A program made the position numbers and the translations under genes. From Isurus oxyrinchus (lineage: Eukaryota), in NCBI GenBank assembly GCA_026770705.1, contig JANJGN010000009.1, positions 164,238,001-164,302,000 on the forward strand: DNA of 64,000 nucleotides, read 5' to 3'. A model generated the notes under the pieces. It had not been told where the DNA came from and made no database searches. It saw only the letters and a program-made list of their open reading frames with translations. Shown in pieces: positions 1 through 11,864 of the stretch. Within the stretch, counting starts at the first letter, position 1. Each line of letters starts with the position of its first letter.

Positions 1-289
1 GTGGTCTCTTGCCTCAGTCGTCAGGGAAGAAGGGTGGAATTTTACACCCCCATTGCGGCAGGGACTGGGCTGTAAAATGCAGCCAGCCATTCTAAACTCC
101 ATGCACTCCAGCAGGACCATAAAATCCCACTGTCACAAGGCTCAGACCAAAGGCTGTCAGCAGCAGGTAGAAATTACACCTGTAAACTGTGTTTGTACTG
201 GAGTTGTCAGCAGGGACTCAGTTGCACTCTGACCTTTGATGCCAGTCTTTTGTAGTTACAAGTTCCCCTTAAGAGTTAAAATTCGGGCT

Positions 290-710
290 GATACCATGAT
301 CCAGCTCTGAGGTAGTGCTATACTGGTGGTGGTGCTGCTGTGTAGATGAGGTATTAAACTGAGGATCCACATCCCCCTTAGGTAGATGTAAACAATTCCA
401 GGGTATTATTCACAGAATAGGGAAGTTCTCCTGGCGTCCTTGAAGCCTTTATTCCTCAACCAATACACACAAATAGGGAGCAGGAGCAGGCCATTTGGTC
501 TTTTGAGCCTGTTAATGTCACTACAAAACAGATCATCTAGTGAATGTTTTACTGATGTTTGTGGGGCTTTGCTGTGTACGAATTAACTTCCACGTTTCTT
601 GATATTAAAACTGTGGCTTTACTTCAAAAAAGTACTTCATAGGCTCTGAAGCACTTTGGAATATCCCAAGGTTGTGAAAGGTGATGAATCAACACAACTT
701 GTTTCTTACT
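290..710 (+). mobile_element. Deu-domain SINE (SacSINE1/AmnSINE-like); paralogous copy at 30430-30850
   Basis: ctgaggtagtgct...gatgaggtattaaactgagg core and gcactttggaatatcc..ggttgtgaaagg tail shared with about 10 copies in the window. Confidence 0.65.
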
Positions 711-1281
711 TTTTGAAACAAACCATTTATTAAAATACATCTGAACCAATTATCTGAGTGCAAACTGCAGGGGGGGGAGGGGGAGGGAGGAGCCAGTCCC
801 AGCAGCAAGGTGGTCATTATAATTAAATGGTCAGAAAATCACTGGCAGGTTTGAGACATTCATGGTCAGTGGGTGAAGGTTGTCATCTTTACTGCAAGCT
901 CAGAAAACTGCCCCCAAAGTGCAGAAAGTGACCATTGCCAGTATTAGGATGTGACTGTTTAATGTGTTCACATGAAATTCATGTCAAGAAAGTGTATCTC
1001 TGGATTGCAGTCCACCAACTTGAGCCCTTATCAGGCCCACTAGTAACTCTGTCCCACCAACTCTCAGATATAGGAAAGAAAGTGAAATTACCAGTAAAGA
1101 TAGACCACCAGGTATCAGCAACCTCTCCACTTGTGACCAGAGAGGGGTAAATTACACAGAAATCAATTCTACCAGCCAGGCTTTTCCTCAATTAATGAGG
1201 TTCCATTTGACAATGATGCTCTCTCAGTTGAATACAAGTGAAAATGAGGTGAATCTCAATGTTATTCCCTTGTGTCAACAG

Positions 1282-1399
1282 GACGTGAGTATTGTTGTGA
1301 AGCTTGTACAAGAGTATCACCAACTACATACTTGACAAGTACAGATATAATTTCCACTACCAATCGAGCCACAACTTCAGATCCCGAAAATGCTGAAAG
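1282..1399 (+). CDS. Stalk exon of upstream paralog (GREYCCEACTRVSPTTYLTSTDIISTTNRATTSDPENAE)
   Basis: Paralogous to 31421-31538; same 118-nt length, splice sites and phases; open frame. Confidence 0.82.
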
Positions 1400-2210
1400 G
1401 TACAATGTTCTCATGGATTGGCATTGCTTCCATATGTGAGAGATACAATTGGCCAAAGGAGTGAAAGTTGTTCATTAATTGTAAAGTAGCTCATCAGAAT
1501 GGAAATGGTGGCTGGGTTTATATCATGCTGTTGTGTTAGCTTCTTAATGAGGCTGCATTTTTCTGTTGGAAAATACAAGCAAGGAGTGAGCTTTTCCATT
1601 GTGTTGCCGCTCAGATGGTGTTTTTTGCCTTATTCACCTTGATTACTTCACCGCTAAGGTAATCTCACAGTGTGTGAGGAGTTGTACTTGTCAAACTTAC
1701 CTTGCTGCTGTCTACACTGACAGAGTACTTGTATTTGGGCTGATGAAAAGGAAGAATTAGCGTGATATATCTGCACATCCCTTGGTTTCACTAATGAGAG
1801 ACATCTTGCAACTCTGGTCCCATTTCCATATTATTAGCCTAAGCTGTTGACAATAAGTAGCAGAAATTGTAGTCCGATGTAAACACTCAGGAATCAGGTC
1901 TTTGAAGTTACAATGGTGATAAAGAGAAAATGCCAACTAAATGTCAAACAGAAAGAGGGACAGTTGGAAATGGACAGCAGGTATGTCCGCAGCTGTGGAG
2001 AAAATAAACACGTTCATGGTTTGGGTGCAGACACTTCTTCAGAATTCTAGTCCACACACGAAGCGAAGCAGGTCCACTCACCCCACAGATCCCAACTGAG
2101 CTGCTGAATGTTTCCAGAATCTTCTGTTTTCCATTCATATTTCTAGCACATGCAGTGCTCTTACTTTTATCCAGATTATTGTCAATGATTTAAAAAGGAT
2201 TGAAAGTCTA

Positions 2211-2500
2211 TGGTCTGAATTTTCCGCTCGGCGGGGGTGGGGGTGGGGTAGAGCGGGAGCGAGCACGGGCAGCTGTGGACCCCATCGCCATCCACCATCG
2301 GGTTTTTGACGCCATTTTGCGCGGGCGGCCAATTTAGGCCATCCCAGCGTATTTCCCGGCTCCCGAGGATAGCGGCAGTGGGCGAGAAGCGGGGAGTGTG
2401 CACAGACAACCGGGTCCAATGGTGACCCAGCGGCCTGTTTAAATGAAGGCCTGGCAGCCTGTTCCAGCTGCTCACAATGGCCAGTGCAAAGAATTTTCAC
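2211..2500. mobile_element. Harbinger-type MITE fragment at the duplication breakpoint
   Basis: Starts with GGTCTGAATTTTCC, matching the GGGCxGAATTTT TIR seen in other copies; GC-rich interior. Confidence 0.55.
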
Positions 2501-2743
2501 TTACAATTTAGCTTAATATTACAGTTAGACATTATGGACATGCTAAAGAAATTTGCTTCGTTTGATTTTTATCTAATGATCATGAAGTTGATAAGTAAAA
2601 CTTTAGCTGATTCTTTCAGCTAAAGTCCCTTGTCTACTTTATGTTGCTGCAAAAAATTACAGTGTAAAGCAGAGAGTCATGTTTCAAAAATGAAACAGTC
2701 TCATTTCATTTAAATGGTTTGATATTTCTTCTCTTTTGCTCAG

Positions 2744-2834
2744 TTACATTATCTGGGATGTGATACGCTGGGTGCTCTTTACTCTCCTGGTGATTTGTGC
2801 TGTTTCAGGCACATGGTGTACGAGAAAATCTAAG
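2744..2834 (+). CDS. TM exon of upstream paralog, activating type (SYIIWDVIRWVLFTLLVICAVSGTWCTRKSK)
   Basis: Acceptor cttttgctcag, phase 2 matches the stalk exon; donor AAG|gtgaga; hydrophobic helix with Asp/Arg near its N-terminus. Confidence 0.82.
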
Positions 2835-2879
2835 GTGAGAGTTATGGACTGTATAAGAATCATTATGGGCAGTTTGCAA

Positions 2880-3804
2880 TGTTATGATGTGGCAGATGAT
2901 GTGTGTCAGGCAGACCAAATCCACGAGTGAAACTTGGTCGAGCTGTCACAACGGTTTTGCAATTTATATTTATTATGAGATGCATGCACTGAATTCAGAC
3001 ACCATAAGTCTACCAAACTTTTAGAGATTTAAAAAATATATCGTTAAATATATTTATTAGCAAAAGATAGATTTCAATTACATACATAAGTCTACTAATT
3101 TCTTCTATAATAACTCGTAAAATTCCTAATTAGCCTCACTCCCAGTTACACCTCCTTTAAGGCAACTGTACAAAGAATAGATATTAGGTTTCAAGCAGAT
3201 CCAGCAAATTGACACAATGATCTGGACAGTGGAATTCCAAATGGCTTTCACCAGCTTCAGTTTCGTTAGACAGCAGGCTTATGCACAAATGCTGGAGGCT
3301 TCATTAAGGCTACTTCAAACACATCTGTTAGGTCTCATATGGACTTCTCCTGACACATAGCCTCATTCTCCTTTATATATGTTTCCCTCTATTTAACATG
3401 TAAACCCTATTGTTTCAGATACCTTTGAAACTGTGTCTTCCTCACAATGTAAAAACTTTCATGTCGATACTATATATTGTCAGTAACCTTTGAGATAAAG
3501 AAACACATTCCTTCATCTTGCTTAGCTGCCTAATTGTAAAGAGACTAAAATACTTTTGAAATCCAAATCTCCCTTCATTTATCTAAAAAGGCAAATTCCC
3601 TTTACACTTTACTTGCTAAACCAGTATCCATGTTTACTCATTAGCATGTCAAATACCTAGCTTCTTTTGTTGAGTTATATCATGCCATCTACCTGATCCC
3701 AAATGTAATTAAATCTCACACAGACAGACCCAAACACTTACCCCCATAAACCGACTCCACAATAAAGCAGAAAATATTATGAAAATTATTATACTTTCAT
3801 GACA
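2880..3804. mobile_element. Solo LTR (family also at 6989 and 62740)
   Basis: TGTTATGA...TCATGACA termini; imperfect flanks GCAA/GTAA; homologous to 6989-10647 and 62740-63355. Confidence 0.7.
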
Positions 3805-3914
3805 GTAAATTCTCCATCAATTATTTCAAAAACATTGATCACAGATATTGTCAAGAAAAACTTGCATTGATGTTAAGGTCCACAGATTGAAACAAGGTGT
3901 TTTACAGATTCTAT

Positions 3915-4860
3915 GGGCAGAATCATCTGAGATTTGCACAAAGTGCCGTAGTGAGTGGGAAAAAGGACATCCCGGGTGCGAAAAAACAGCACAGACCAAG
4001 ACCCTGATTTCCCAGTTTTTACTGGTGTTCCATGTTAAAGTATATGAGCCCCACTCAGGCCCGTATTCTTATTTCCCATTTTTTACTGTTTTTCCCTTCT
4101 GGGATATTATCCGCCGGCTGCAATGGCAGATTTTCACACCTTATTATCCTATTCCTGGCACGTCCCACCTCATTAATTATGCGTTCACTGGAAACACACC
4201 GGGTCGCTGGTGGGAAGGCCTCTGACGCGCCACCCCACCGTCACCTCAGGCCTTCATTTATCCAGACGCCCTATTTAAAGGCCGTTTCTGCAGAGAGATG
4301 GCTCTCTCTCTAGGCATCAGAAACTGCTAGGAATTCATAGCTGCCAAAGGGAGGAAACATGTTGCATCCAAAATTTAGCACTGCCTCCCTCAGCCTACTG
4401 GGCACTGTGAGAGCTGCCGTGAAGTCCTCTACCCCAATTCTAGGCGAAGACCAACAAGCATGGCAACAAATCTAGCATGGGAGATGGTGGCAGCAGTGGT
4501 CAGTGCCAATGCACTGCTAAAGAGGACAGCCACCCAGCGCTGAAAGAGGATGAATGGTCACCTTCTTTCTGCTAGGTTAAATCACTTTTCTCATCACTCA
4601 CAACTCAAAAACCCATCACACATTCACTGGGATCTCACTCAATACCAGTTCAAAGGACATCACCATTCTCCCTCTCACACACACCTTCCTCTGCCCTGCC
4701 GTTCCTGTCCTCATCCATGGCACCACTTACCACCCACACGTGCCGGGTGCCCTTCTCATGTGACCTGGCAGGCACCCTGCTTACGCTCTCTCCATCTGTA
4801 TTCCTGCAGAACAAGCTGGATGATGTCAGGGATCTGACACTTACTGAGAATATAGGAGTC
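3915..4860 (+). mobile_element. Truncated Harbinger element with decayed Myb/SANT exon
   Basis: GGGCAGAAT terminus; 4340-4575 homologous to the minus-strand Myb exon at 10058-10302. Confidence 0.65.
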
Positions 4861-4899
4861 ACGGACACTCCCTTGGAATCGCACGCAGACCCGTGGAAG

Positions 4900-6090
4900 C
4901 TCTTGCTGTTTGTTTAAATATTTCTTGCCATTCCATCTCATAATCATCTTTCTCCCTCTTTATTCGTTTTTTGGTCATCCGCTGCTGGTTCCTAAAAAGT
5001 TCCTAATCCTCAAGCATACCATTAGTTTTCCCCCCTTTTTATACTTTAGTTGTTGATTGGATACTCTCCTTGACTGCCGTCGTTAACCATGGGTGGTTCA
5101 TCCTTCTCATCAAGTCCTTCCTTTTGAGCGGGATAAATTTTTTCTGAGCGTTATGAAATATTTACTTAAATGTCTGCCACTGCTCACCCACTGACCTTCC
5201 TGTTAGTCTATTCTCCCAGCCAACTCTTCCTTCATAACTCTGTAATTGGCCTTATTTAGGTTGAGGACACTGGTTTTAGAGACGAGCTGCTCACCCTCAA
5301 ACAGAATTTCAAATTCTACAATGTTGTGTGATCGCTATCCCCTAGAGGATCCCTAACTACACGATCTCTTATGAATCCTACCTCATTACGCATTGCTAGA
5401 TGCAAAATAGCCTGTTCCCAAGTAGGTTATGCAACATATTGCTGAAAGAAACTATCCTTGGTACACTCTACAAATTTGTCTTCCAAGTTAGCCCTGCCTA
5501 TCTGATTTCTCCAGTCAATATGCAGATTAAAATAATCCATGACAATTGTAGAACCCTTCTTACATGCCTACATTATTTCCCAATTTATGCTTTGTCCTAC
5601 AGTGAGCAAACTCTTTGGAGGCCCATAGATGAGTCCAACGCATGGCTCGTTCCCCTTACTAATTGTTATTTCTACCCAAACTGATTCCACATCACGATCT
5701 CTGCCAGCTATATCACCACCGCACTGATACCTTCATTTATTAACAAAGCTACCCCACCTCCTTTTCCTTTTTGCCATTTTTTTCGGATTGTCGAATACCC
5801 TTGAATATTGAATTCCCAGTCTTGGTCACCCTGCAACCATGTCTCTGTCATGGCTATCAAGTCATATCCATATATTTCTATTTGTGCCGTCAACTCATCT
5901 GCGTGCATTCAGATAACAAGCCTTAAGCTTGGATTGTTTACCATTATTGCCCATTCTGGTTCTCATTTCTGCTGCACTCTTCTGCTCCTTGTTCTGCCCC
6001 TTCTCATCATACTTTGATTACCATTCGGCTCTTCACTACCCAGCACCTCTGCTCTCTCATTTCCTTTAGATGTTTTAAACTTCCCTTCAA
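4900..6090 (-). mobile_element. CR1-clade LINE fragment (APE endonuclease region)
   Basis: ORF 5708-5908 YDLIAMTETWL...GGGVALLI. Confidence 0.85.
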
Positions 6091-6613
6091 TTGTCCCTGT
6101 TACTATGATCCCATGTAACCCATCCATAATAGAAACATTCCATAGTTTAATCTAATCTTACAAAATAATCGATACAAGAAAAGGAAGCGAGGAAATGAAG
6201 GCAGAATCTAACAGAGCACCAGAGATGATTGTTTGTCAACAAGAACACAAGGAGACGTAAAATTATACAGACTGCAACAGGAGACTGAGATACAGACCCA
6301 AGAGAATTGTTACTGGAAGCAGCAATTGCACTGTATAAAATATATTTAATAAAGTAGCCACAGCAATCAATTTCTACCCATAACGCCAGTTGCAGGGGAA
6401 CATTAGTTACCCATGAGAAAATGGTGTTACATCTCTTCAAGAGGGGCACAACTGATAACTTTTCCCAGCACATATGCAATGGGTGAGGAGTGTGATGTTG
6501 CCACAGCTCCAGTTCATCACATGCTTTGCCTCGATTTGCTGGCATAGCCAGAATTCTGTTCACATGTAAAATAATGCATCGTTCTCAGTCTCAATTAATC
6601 TGGTGATTTTCAG

Positions 6614-6655
6614 TTCCAGACACTCAACGGATCAGATCCTCAGAGCTTGACCTAA
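6614..6655 (+). CDS. Candidate short terminal exon of upstream paralog (FQTLNGSDPQSLT*)
   Basis: Acceptor gattttcag, phase 0 fits the TM exon donor, AATAAA about 110 nt downstream; tentative, alternative acceptor at 10798. Confidence 0.3.
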   Translation, partial: FQTLNGSDPQSLT

Positions 6656-7774
6656 GAGGGAAAATGAAGATTCCGGGGTTACATCTACATTGATGGAATT
6701 TTTCATCCTGACAAAATATTCATTATTCGTCGAGCTTTGAATTTCTTTTAATAATTCTACAGAATAAAAATCGATTTTCTCATCAAATAATTTTGACCAT
6801 TAAATTAGTGGAGCAATCAAAAAGCAAAATGATGGCTGCGAACTTCAATTTGTATATCTACATCCTGACAATAATTTCTCTGTTTGCTGCCTTAGTGTCT
6901 ACACAATTTATTTCTTGTTTTAAGACTATCAAATTCTTTAAGAAATAAGCAACTTGAAAGGTTCATTTATTGGAAACCAATCGCTTCATATTATGATGCA
7001 GCTGAGCTAAATGCTGAGCGGTTCAAATCCAGGAGGGAAACTTGAACCAACTGTCATAACTAACTGTTGCAATTTGTATGATTGAAGATGCAGGCTTTAA
7101 ATTCAGTAGTAATAAGACGACTGAGTCTCAACAGGTTTTTATAAAACTAAATTAAACATTTATTAATACAAGAAAGATTGTGAGCACATGCATATGTTGA
7201 CAAAATTACTACTATAATGTCTACAAAAATCCCCTAATTAATCTGGCTCCAAGTTATACCTCCGTTAAGGCATCAGTAAAACACATGGATTTAAACAGAC
7301 CCTGGGCAAAGCTCACTCTGGACGGTCACATTCAAATTGAGTTTCTTTCAGCTCTGGCTCTTTGCAGACAGCGGCTTGAGGCTTACGGACTGGAGGCTTT
7401 AGTTCTTAGAATCGATCTCCTTTTTACCAACAGCCTTCTAATCCTTTTTACATATTTTTCTCTTTGAATGCAATTTTCATTCTACCACTATTTCTTTTGA
7501 AATTTTAACTCTTCAAATAATAAGACACTTTCATACGACCCACTTTATTAGTAATCCTTGGGAAAAATAAACAAACACACAGTTTCTGAGCTTCACCTGG
7601 TTAGGTGTAATATTTCACACCATCTCTGAACCCAAGGTAGGGGAGTTAGTTTAAAGAAAAAATGCAAATTGCCCCCATATTTACCTAATTAACATTTCAA
7701 ACCTATCCTTTTCTATACATCAAAGCCTCTAGACAAGCTGGCTTTAATCCAATTAGGACACACACACACACAGA

Positions 7775-10578
7775 GGGCAGGATTTTCCAAGCCCGCTGGC
7801 AGCAGGTGTAATAAGTGGCATGTGTGGATAATATGGTGTGAGCTGCTTCACAACGGCAGCATGAAGGCAGGTTGTGATCGTCCGCTCAGCCCACCTACAG
7901 CGGGTCGTGCTTCCCGCTATCGGTCAGCGGGGAGCTAATTGTTATACATCAGCATGTAATTAAAAGGCCATCCTGCCAGGCTCTTGGAACCCGGCCGTAT
8001 CCTCTGTCCACGTTAGCGGGAAAGCACGCCGACGTGATTCACAACAGCACACAGGCAATTTGTACCTGGTGGCCTTGACTCTGGGGGAAATGGGGTGAGT
8101 GAGCAGCAGCGTTCTCCACAGCTTGCCTGTTGTTTACAGGCTTCAGGGATGCCTGACCCCGGATGTGACTGCTGAGAGGGGGGTCTCCGGGGGGGGCACC
8201 TCAGCCCATTCAGGAGCTGGTGCGCAGTATCACTGGTCACAGATGCTGGTGTGATGGGGGTCAGCCCCACCTTAAAGATGCTGAGAGCTCACAGAGAGAA
8301 TGAGAGAACTCTGTGGGGCCTGCCCACTCCATTCTGGCAGCAATGCCCAGCACCGCCGAGGTGCGGGCATCAGTAATGTGTCCAGGGAGTGTGAGGCTGG
8401 ACCATCACTGTTATCTGAAGGTTGCACAGAGCACAGGGAAAAGGCCCTGGACTCATACACCTGCCCTTTATCTTGCACAGGAAGGTTTCACATCTGAGTG
8501 ACAAGAACACTGCTCATCAGAACAAGGAGCCACAGGCAGGGTGACGTTCTTAGGAGTTTACTGACAATAGTGAACAATATGTACATGTGACCAGCACCCG
8601 TACCCAGGCTGTGCAACTACTTTTCCCTAACTTTCCTAACCCTGCCACTACATCTTGCTGCTCCCCAGACATCCACAGCAGAGGTGGAGCTAACCCGCTG
8701 CATGTGACGCCCTGTCTGTGATGACACTGGTGGGCGTCCTCTGGAGGGCTGAGACTTGGTGGGCCCCGGCCTGCTTTCGGGGTCCTGCTGTGTGGTAGTG
8801 GCCCCCTCCTCGGCCTGGGGGGCTGGAGCTGCTGAGATCCTAGGAAGAGGGGAGTCGGGTTGGCCAGTCACTCCCAGAACCTCCTGAGTCGATGGCCCCG
8901 GAGTGTGTACCTGCTGCTCCTCCTCCCTATCGGTGTCTGAGGGCCCCTGGCTGACTCTGAGAGCGGAGGATGTAGCTGGAGTGAGACTTAGCTAATTGTA
9001 ACCCCTCTCTCATACACACTGTTGGAGGCTAAATATAGCATCAGCGATGGAGTTCACAGTGCACAGCAGCACAGGAGTGACGTCCTGGGCCAAGGTCTCC
9101 ATGGCAGCTGCCATCCTGCCATTGTTGACCTCAGTGTATTGCAGCGCCGGAGTTATCACATCAGCCTGAAGATAGACAGTCCCCTCCATCATGCCTTGCA
9201 ATCTGAGGAGTGCAGCGGGCATCCCTTCCTGATGTTCCCGAGCTTGCCTTTGCAATTCCAGTAACTGTGACATGACCGAGCCCAGAGGCTGTCATCTGAC
9301 TCGGACTCAGCAACATTGTGGCCTCCAGCAGTCCTCTGAGGGGCAGGGGACCTGGGAAGTCCCTGCCTCCACCTGCTGTAGATCAAACAGTGCGATGTGC
9401 TCCCAGATTGTGATCCTCAGGCTACTCTAAAGCTAGGTCCCACTGAGGTGTGTGTCTCTGCGCTGGCAGAGGCTGTGGGTGAGCTCTGTGACGGAACTTC
9501 AGGGAGAGTGCCTTCAGATTCCTCTTCAGAGGTTTCTTCAGGAGACCCTGGGTCATGGACTCTGTCGGCTGCTTCCCAGATGTGTCTGTGAAAGCAAGGG
9601 GAGATAATGAGTGCATGGCAGTGGCCTGTGATAAAGGACACATCACTCACAGCATGGTTATCTGATGGGTGTTGCACTGCTGGACCCTCACTTGATAGGG
9701 CAGTGCCAACCTTACCATCAGCACAGGACCGGCCCCGATCATTGCCGGTCAGCTGGATGGCTCTGCTTTCGAATTCTGTCAGAACTTTGATCTCCGGCAT
9801 CCCTCCACCTGTCTCTGACCTTTCCCCCCTGTTGTGTGCCAGTTTGTCCTGTGTGGATATGGATGGGGACAGTGTGTCAGGATGCCTGCAGGGGACAGAT
9901 GATAAGTATGCCTGGCCTGTGTGGGTGGGGAGTGGTCCCGTGGACAGGGTGAGAACAATGAAGGTGTATGTGAACAGGTGAATGGTGATGTCCCTTGCAC
10001 TGGCAGTGAGTGAGGGCCCTGTAGATGTGTGATGGGTTTGTGAAAAGAGTGACTTACCCTGGAGGAACGGAGGAGATCATTCATCCTTTTGCGGTACTGG
10101 GTGACTGTCCTCCTCTGCAGGACGTTCACACTGACCACTGCTGCCTCCACCTCCCAAGCCGGGTTGGGTACTTTGCTGCCCACCCTGCGGTCAGAGCGTG
10201 GGGTAGAGCACATGCCTGTGCCCCTCCACGGCATCCAGCAGTCGCTTGAGGGACCCATCAATGAAGCAGGGGTCTGCAGTCTTTTTTCCCTCTGTTGGCC
10301 ATGTCTCCCAGGCAGGGGTGGTGAGCTGGTGGCGATGAGCGCTTTGATGGTAGCTGCCTTTTAAAGATGGTGGTCAGCGTGATGTAACAGCGGGGTGATG
10401 GTGCGTGGGCGAATGAGAGCCCGCTTGCCATGGAAACGGTGTGGTTCACGGGGGTGAATAAATAATGAGCCGGGTTCGGGATGATATGGTGTGAAAACCC
10501 GTCATCTTCGTCGGCAGGTAGGACTCCATTTTACCCACCCGCTACCGCACTTAGTGCAATTCTGGGAAAATTCTGCCC
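7775..10578 (-). mobile_element. PIF/Harbinger DNA transposon (non-autonomous) carrying a decayed 3-exon Myb/SANT-like gene
   Basis: TIRs GGGCAGGATTTTCC / GGAAAATTCTGCCC; CAG on both flanks; peptides AWEVEAAVVSVN..RTVTQYRKRMNDL, KLAHNRGERSETGGG, LTEFESRAI. Confidence 0.85.
8617..10302 (-). pseudogene. Harbinger Myb/SANT-like (NAIF1/MSANTD-type) DNA-binding protein gene, frameshifted
   Basis: ATG at 10302; exon 1 ends 10058 (gtaagt), exon 2 starts 9848; coiled-coil-like MSQLLELQRQAREHQE; frameshifts. Confidence 0.7.
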
Positions 10579-11267
10579 ACAGGTACAGACACCACTAAAC
10601 TCTCATTTAAAATAATTTCCAATAACATTATAAACATTAATATAACGCTTCACACTTCAATAATATGTTTTACATGGGATGGAACCTTTATAACAGTAGA
10701 ATGGGAGACCCACAGGTATAATAAAGAAGGTGTTTTCCTTTTTGAAACCTGATATGATCTTAATGTTATTATGTTATGACTTTTATCCATATTTTAGCAA
10801 ATACAATCTACACTTTTGAGGAATTTCCTGTTTCCTAATGACCACAAGCGCAGTTTCAAGCACGAAGCCTGATTCCCTGTTTGACCACCTCCTCTCTTGC
10901 CCCCTCCATTGCCTCTGTGCTGTCAGACTGCCTGTCCAGCTGTTTGTCCAACAGCCAGTCCCAGATTACAACTGAACATTGTGAAGACTGAAGCCACTGT
11001 CTTTGTCCCCACTACAAACACTTTTCCTTATAGCCACTGATTCTATCCACCTCCCTGTCCAATTGAGTTTTCATCCAATGTTGTTCTTACCTACAAATTC
11101 GACTGCTCCAATACCATCCTAGTTGACCTTACATCTTCCACCCTGAACCAACTTAAGCTCATCAAAACCTTTGCTGCCAGTTTTACGATGAGTAAGGCTC
11201 TATATCAATGCAAGTTATTGTTCTTGTGCTCCACACTTCCCGGTAGGAAGTAACATGTTGGACCAGA

Positions 11268-11708
11268 AAGTGCAGGAGGGGTTTAGAGGAATGGTTCCAA
11301 GAATAAGCAACTTCAGTTACGAAGATAAAGTGGAGAGATTGGGACTGTTCTCCTTGGGGAGGAGAAGGCTAAGAGGAGATTTAATCGAGGTGTTCAGAAT
11401 CATGAGGGGGCTGGATAGAGTAGAGAAGGAGAAACTGTTCCCACTCGTAAAAGGGTTGAGAACAAGAGGGCACAGATTTAATGAGATTTGCAACAGAAGC
11501 AACTGTGATGTGAGAAATGAACATTTCCACATGAGTAGCTCGAGTTTGGAAAGCGCTGCCTAGAGTGTGGTGGATGCAAGTTTAATTGAGGCTTTCAACG
11601 CTTTCTATTATTTGAATAGAAACAATGTGCAAGGATACAGGGAAAAATCAGGAGAATGGCACAAAGTCATATTGCTCATTTGGAGAGCCGGTGCACACAC
11701 GATCGGCC
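11268..11708 (+). mobile_element. CR1 LINE 3' fragment
   Basis: ORF 11255-11563 LGLFSLGRRRLRGDLIEVFRIM...RTRGH (CR1 ORF2 C-terminus). Confidence 0.9.
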
Positions 11709-11864
11709 AGGTGGTCTCTACTGGATTCTACTGGACTCATCAGAAATCCAGTAGGGATTCCAGTTGCTTCAGCTAAATTCAGCTGGAACCACAGCACCTG
11801 TTCCCAATTGGACTAGGAGTCAGAGAGGGACAATGCAAGAACTGGGGCATAAACTCTCATTCAG

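Larger units (their letters stand above)
1..2207 (+). repeat. Segmental duplication / conversion tract, copy 1 (runs off the left edge)
   Basis: Near-identical to 30140-32346 at an offset of about 30139; paired ORFs in the track (e.g. 935/31071, 1411/31550, 1944/32083). Confidence 0.97.
6989..10647. mobile_element. Solo LTR split by a Harbinger insertion (pieces 6989-7773 and 10580-10647)
   Basis: Homology to 2880-3804; CTTCA directly repeated at 6984-6988 and 10648-10652. Confidence 0.65.

Noticed and set aside
1-2207. Duplication as a pure assembly artefact
   Set aside because: The copies differ by scattered substitutions and indels, have distinct open stalk exons, and each continues into its own phase-compatible TM exon.
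6100-6560. ORF 6147-6563(-) and a possible PPT+TG at about 6480
   Set aside because: No recognisable domain, and a retroelement remnant could not be delimited.
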